Positions 13,575 through 16,383 of a DNA stretch of 16,383 nucleotides are shown here, one piece after another. The stretch spans positions 71,270 through 87,652 of the forward strand of contig JBKBOT010000001.1 in the NCBI GenBank assembly GCA_046293555.1. Direction: 5' to 3'. This DNA comes from Pyrobaculum sp. (GTDB lineage Archaea; Thermoproteota; Thermoprotei; Thermoproteales; Thermoproteaceae). Every line of letters starts with the position of its first letter. Positions within the stretch are counted from its first letter, which is position 1. The notes below the pieces were generated by a model. That model was not told the DNA's origin. It searched no databases and worked only from the letters and a program-made list of their open reading frames with translations. Made by a program: the position numbers and the translations under genes.

Positions 13575-15113
13575 TTAGGAAAAATTTTGGTAACTAAATC
13601 TCGACGCCTCTTGAAAGAGGGGCGTCCTGAAATCCAGCCTACTGGTCCACACCGTCTCTACAATAGACCTCCTTACGGCTAGGGGGTCCTCCATGTCGCT
13701 CGCCTCTACCAACGCCTCTGTTCTCAATGTCAGCTCTTCCTTCAGCTTAACTCCATACATCTCTTCTACATATTGCGCCACCCGCGGGGTGACCTCCGAG
13801 GCGTCGGCCACCACCACGTCTCTACCTCTTGCTAAAACTGTTTTAACCTCTTTTACATATCTCGTGCCGCCGGCGGTAGACAGCTGTATTACAAGTATCC
13901 CCTCGAGCCCCTCTATAGCTGCCTCTGACTCCACGACTCTAGCCACGGCGTCTTTTACGGTGTCCGCATGTATGGTGGTAAGCGCGCCGTGGCCTGTAAG
14001 CTTGTAGTTAACTAACGTCTTTAGCTCCGCCGGAGTTCTCGCCTCTGCCAAAGCCACGACGGTGTGTGCAGTGCCGTATCTCAAGGCTTGGTCTAAAGCC
14101 TGCCACAACCTCTCCTCGCCTGGGATAGACAAGTGGAGTAGCTGGCCCTCGAGAGGCGCCCAGATCTCTCTGGCGCCTCTCTCTATCACAACCACCTGGA
14201 CCCACGGCGGCGTTAAGTAAAGCAGCTGGTTTAACTGCGTGGTTTTTCCGGACCCCATACCGCCAGAGAAAAAGACCCCACCTCTCATTTCTAACACCAG
14301 AGAGGCGAGGGCCAACACCTCTAGCCCCTCTAAGCTTTGTCTCTCGGCGTGATCCCTCTGTCCCGTCTGAGGTCTGTGGAGATATGGCGTCAATAGCGGC
14401 CTGGAGGGCTTAGGCACGTCTGAAAACTTGCGGATATTGACGTTAAACTCTATGAGATCTGCAGCAATCCGCGCCTTGTATATCGGGTCCTCTCTTGTGG
14501 CCATCGGCTTGTCCATCGTGAGGACTGGGATAAGCTGTTTCACTACTACATACATCAGCGGCTCTGGGATCACTATGTTTGTAGGCAGTCGGAACTCGTT
14601 ACGTACAGCCACAACCCTCCTGTATCTCCCCAATTCAACCATTTGAAAGGTTATGTAGTCTAGCTGCTCTCTTAACGTCTTAGGCACATATGTGTACTTA
14701 GCCGCGGGGGCGGCGGGGTGGGGGATCACCACCTCTGTGAGGAAGCTATCTCGCATCAACGCCTCCAACGCCCCGTAGCCCGCGTAGTCTCTGGCGCCAC
14801 TCCACCGGTCTAACAGGTAGTGTACCACCTCCCTGTAGTCTCTATAAAGCCGCCAGATGGCTCTATCCCCAAGGCCCTCCGATATGGACCTCACGACTTT
14901 GGGGTACTCCCTCTCGTCTGGCGGCACAGACCCTCTAAACATTACTAACAACAACGCTGCCTGTAGGTCTTCTGGCAGCGGCGGGTCTATGACTACATAC
15001 ATCAAGTCGTCAGTAATACATATGTCTGTCCTCACCCCCCTATCCACAATAACCCCATCTTTTCTTAGCCTACATCTAGACGTCAGGAAGTTGTCTACAT
15101 GTGCATATATCAT
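13575..15113 (-). CDS. Secretion/pilus assembly ATPase, VirB11/TadA(CpaF)/ArlI family, divergent
   Basis: GYGALEALMRD..LTEV, NIRKF, Walker A GGMGSGKTT, Asp-box-like VIERGARE, Walker B-like ALRY...VALAEAR, His box TGHGALTTIHA. Confidence 0.88.
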   Translation of the reverse strand: MIYAHVDNFLTSRCRLRKDGVIVDRGVRTDICITDDLMYVVIDPPLPEDLQAALLLVMFRGSVPPDEREYPKVVRSISEGLGDRAIWRLYRDYREVVHYLLDRWSGARDYAGYGALEALMRDSFLTEVVIPHPAAPAAKYTYVPKTLREQLDYITFQMVELGRYRRVVAVRNEFRLPTNIVIPEPLMYVVVKQLIPVLTMDKPMATREDPIYKARIAADLIEFNVNIRKFSDVPKPSRPLLTPYLHRPQTGQRDHAERQSLEGLEVLALASLVLEMRGGVFFSGGMGSGKTTQLNQLLYLTPPWVQVVVIERGAREIWAPLEGQLLHLSIPGEERLWQALDQALRYGTAHTVVALAEARTPAELKTLVNYKLTGHGALTTIHADTVKDAVARVVESEAAIEGLEGILVIQLSTAGGTRYVKEVKTVLARGRDVVVADASEVTPRVAQYVEEMYGVKLKEELTLRTEALVEASDMEDPLAVRRSIVETVWTSRLDFRTPLFQEASRFSYQNFS

Positions 15114-15811
15114 ATCTTAATCCGCATGACCAGCTGCTCTATAGACCTCCTGTTTTCCCGATCTCCCAACACGGAGTTAGCCACAGCCTCGCCATAGTAC
15201 TCAGAGATCTTCACCCGCTTCAACACCACCGGCGCGATTTTTTTAGCCATCTTGACCTCATCTCTATCCACCATATTTATCGCCACGAGGGTGGAATAGG
15301 CCATATACTTCCGATACTGTTCGTTCTTTATGTCAGAAATACGGGAGATAAGCCGCCTGTCTGACATAAAGATGGTAAAGACCCCCATGTGTTGAAGTCG
15401 AGCCAACACCTCTAGCCTCAGGGCGGCTGTGGTGTCTATCACCACTGTGTCTACCGGGATACGTAAAGACTGGACAAATTTAGGCATGTAGCTAGCCCAC
15501 TCCAGTAGGGCCTCCTGAAAGTCCCCCGTGGCCTCTTCCCCCAACTTTTGATATACTTCAAAGGCCTCGTAGCCCGGGATTAGATACAACATGGGGTTTA
15601 CCCTATGTACGTAAGGCCTCTCCCCCTTTAAAAACGGCGCCAGCCATCCCACCCTCCTGGGGGCTCTAAACAGTTGAGACAGATCTGCCTTCTCCCAGTC
15701 CATATCTACCAGCAGGGTGTAGCCCTTAGCTATAGCCAAAACAGTGGCGAGAGTAGTCTTGCCGACACCCCCATCTAGAGAGGAGATAGCCACCACTCTT
15801 ACCGGCCTCAT
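15110..15811 (-). CDS. MinD/ParA (TadZ/CpaE-like) P-loop ATPase
   Basis: VVAISSLDGGVGKTTLA, LLVDMD (switch I), LYLIPG, VVIDT (Walker B), INMV. ATGA-coupled to the assembly ATPase. Confidence 0.82.
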   Translation of the reverse strand: MRPVRVVAISSLDGGVGKTTLATVLAIAKGYTLLVDMDWEKADLSQLFRAPRRVGWLAPFLKGERPYVHRVNPMLYLIPGYEAFEVYQKLGEEATGDFQEALLEWASYMPKFVQSLRIPVDTVVIDTTAALRLEVLARLQHMGVFTIFMSDRRLISRISDIKNEQYRKYMAYSTLVAINMVDRDEVKMAKKIAPVVLKRVKISEYYGEAVANSVLGDRENRRSIEQLVMRIKI

Positions 15812-16107
15812 ATCAACGCCAGAAGTCTCTCATAGATGTAAGCCACTGCGGCGTTTTTTACGGCGACCCAATCTGCCACCGGCCCCACCTCCCGCCTTAT
15901 CTTCCTCAAGAGATGTGACGCAGTTTTTATGTCAGATAGCTCTCTCAGCCCCAGGAGGGAGGGTCTAAGCAAGATGGCTCCCCCCCTGAGGTTCGACAGC
16001 GCCAGCCTTACGGCGATACATACGTCTTTATACCTCTCGAAGAACATACGCCGGCCGCAACTCCTCCTAAGTGCCTCCAATAGGTCTAAAGTGCGTGGGT
16101 CAAACAT
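15808..16107 (-). CDS. Basic helical hypothetical protein (99 aa)
   Basis: Co-oriented ORF whose stop overlaps the MinD-like start (ATGA). GAGG upstream of the ATG; no TM segment. Confidence 0.65.
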   Translation of the reverse strand: MFDPRTLDLLEALRRSCGRRMFFERYKDVCIAVRLALSNLRGGAILLRPSLLGLRELSDIKTASHLLRKIRREVGPVADWVAVKNAAVAYIYERLLALI

Positions 16108-16367
16108 GTCCTCAGCCTCTCCAGATCTACCCGTGTTAGTAACTCCACCAGCTGTGGATCACGGCGGGCTAACTCCCGCAAGACGTCCAGCCCCCCCGCC
16201 GTCTGGACACCCGCCTCTCTTGTCGCCGGCCGTTCTTCCAGCTTTTTGACCACCGCCGTGGGGTCCTCACAGACGTGTAGATACTCCCGGCAGAGATCTG
16301 CAAAACGTAAAACCTCTGGATTTATCTGAAATAGGGGCAGCCTCTCCACTTTTAACACAAACTCCAC
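16086..16367 (-). CDS. Hypothetical protein (at least 93 aa; frame open to the window edge)
   Basis: Co-oriented ORF overlapping the next gene by 22 nt. GTG preceded by GAGG, but there is no in-frame stop up to 16382. Confidence 0.55.
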   Translation of the reverse strand: MEFVLKVERLPLFQINPEVLRFADLCREYLHVCEDPTAVVKKLEERPATREAGVQTAGGLDVLRELARRDPQLVELLTRVDLERLRTCLTHAL

Positions 16368-16383
16368 TAAAGTCCTCGCCGCG

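Noticed and set aside
6750-16249. Short plus-strand and alternative-frame ORFs within the pilus cluster
   Set aside because: They overlap the coherent, translationally coupled minus-strand genes and show no recognisable features.
5927-16383. Interpretation as an archaellum operon
   Set aside because: No RecA-type ArlH, ArlF/ArlG or archaellin-like sequence recognised; the second ATPase is MinD-type.
5927-16383. Interpretation as a conjugative element, provirus or Ced/Ted DNA importer
   Set aside because: No integrase, relaxase, att repeat or VirB4/HerA-type ATPase seen; the pilin has a class III signal.
1-16383. CRISPR array, tRNA, rRNA or IS element
   Set aside because: No regularly spaced repeats, cloverleaf or transposase seen; the window is almost entirely protein coding.

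Overview
Archaeal chromosomal DNA, most consistent with a Thermoproteales/Pyrobaculum-like crenarchaeon. This is inferred from TrpB2, AGG/AGA/ATA codon use, AAA-NN-TTTATA promoters about 27 nt before start codons, and ATGA gene overlaps. The + strand (1-5930) carries a tryptophan biosynthesis cluster (5'-truncated trpB2, trpD, trpE, trpG, trpA), an AT-rich spacer and a cystathionine gamma-synthase-like gene. The - strand (5927 to the right edge) carries one co-oriented cluster of at least 15 genes that reads as a divergent type IV pilus/Tad-like surface system. It comprises a MinD/ParA-like ATPase lacking its signature Lys, a degenerate VirB11/TadA-type ATPase, a duplicated T2SS-F/TadBC membrane platform, one class III (prepilin) major pilin, six small membrane-anchored pilin-like proteins, a 966-aa secreted Cys-paired putative adhesin and four small cytoplasmic proteins (one wHTH-like, one FliG/MgtE-N-like). 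The most striking unexplained signal is a repeated motif TAA-NN-TTTTTCCC (5 exact copies plus 1 variant). It lies 32-35 nt before start codons in this cluster, in the same register as the canonical BRE/TATA boxes of trpD and metB, suggesting a dedicated non-canonical promoter class. A Trp-containing mini-ORF (MASGW*) overlaps the trpD start.
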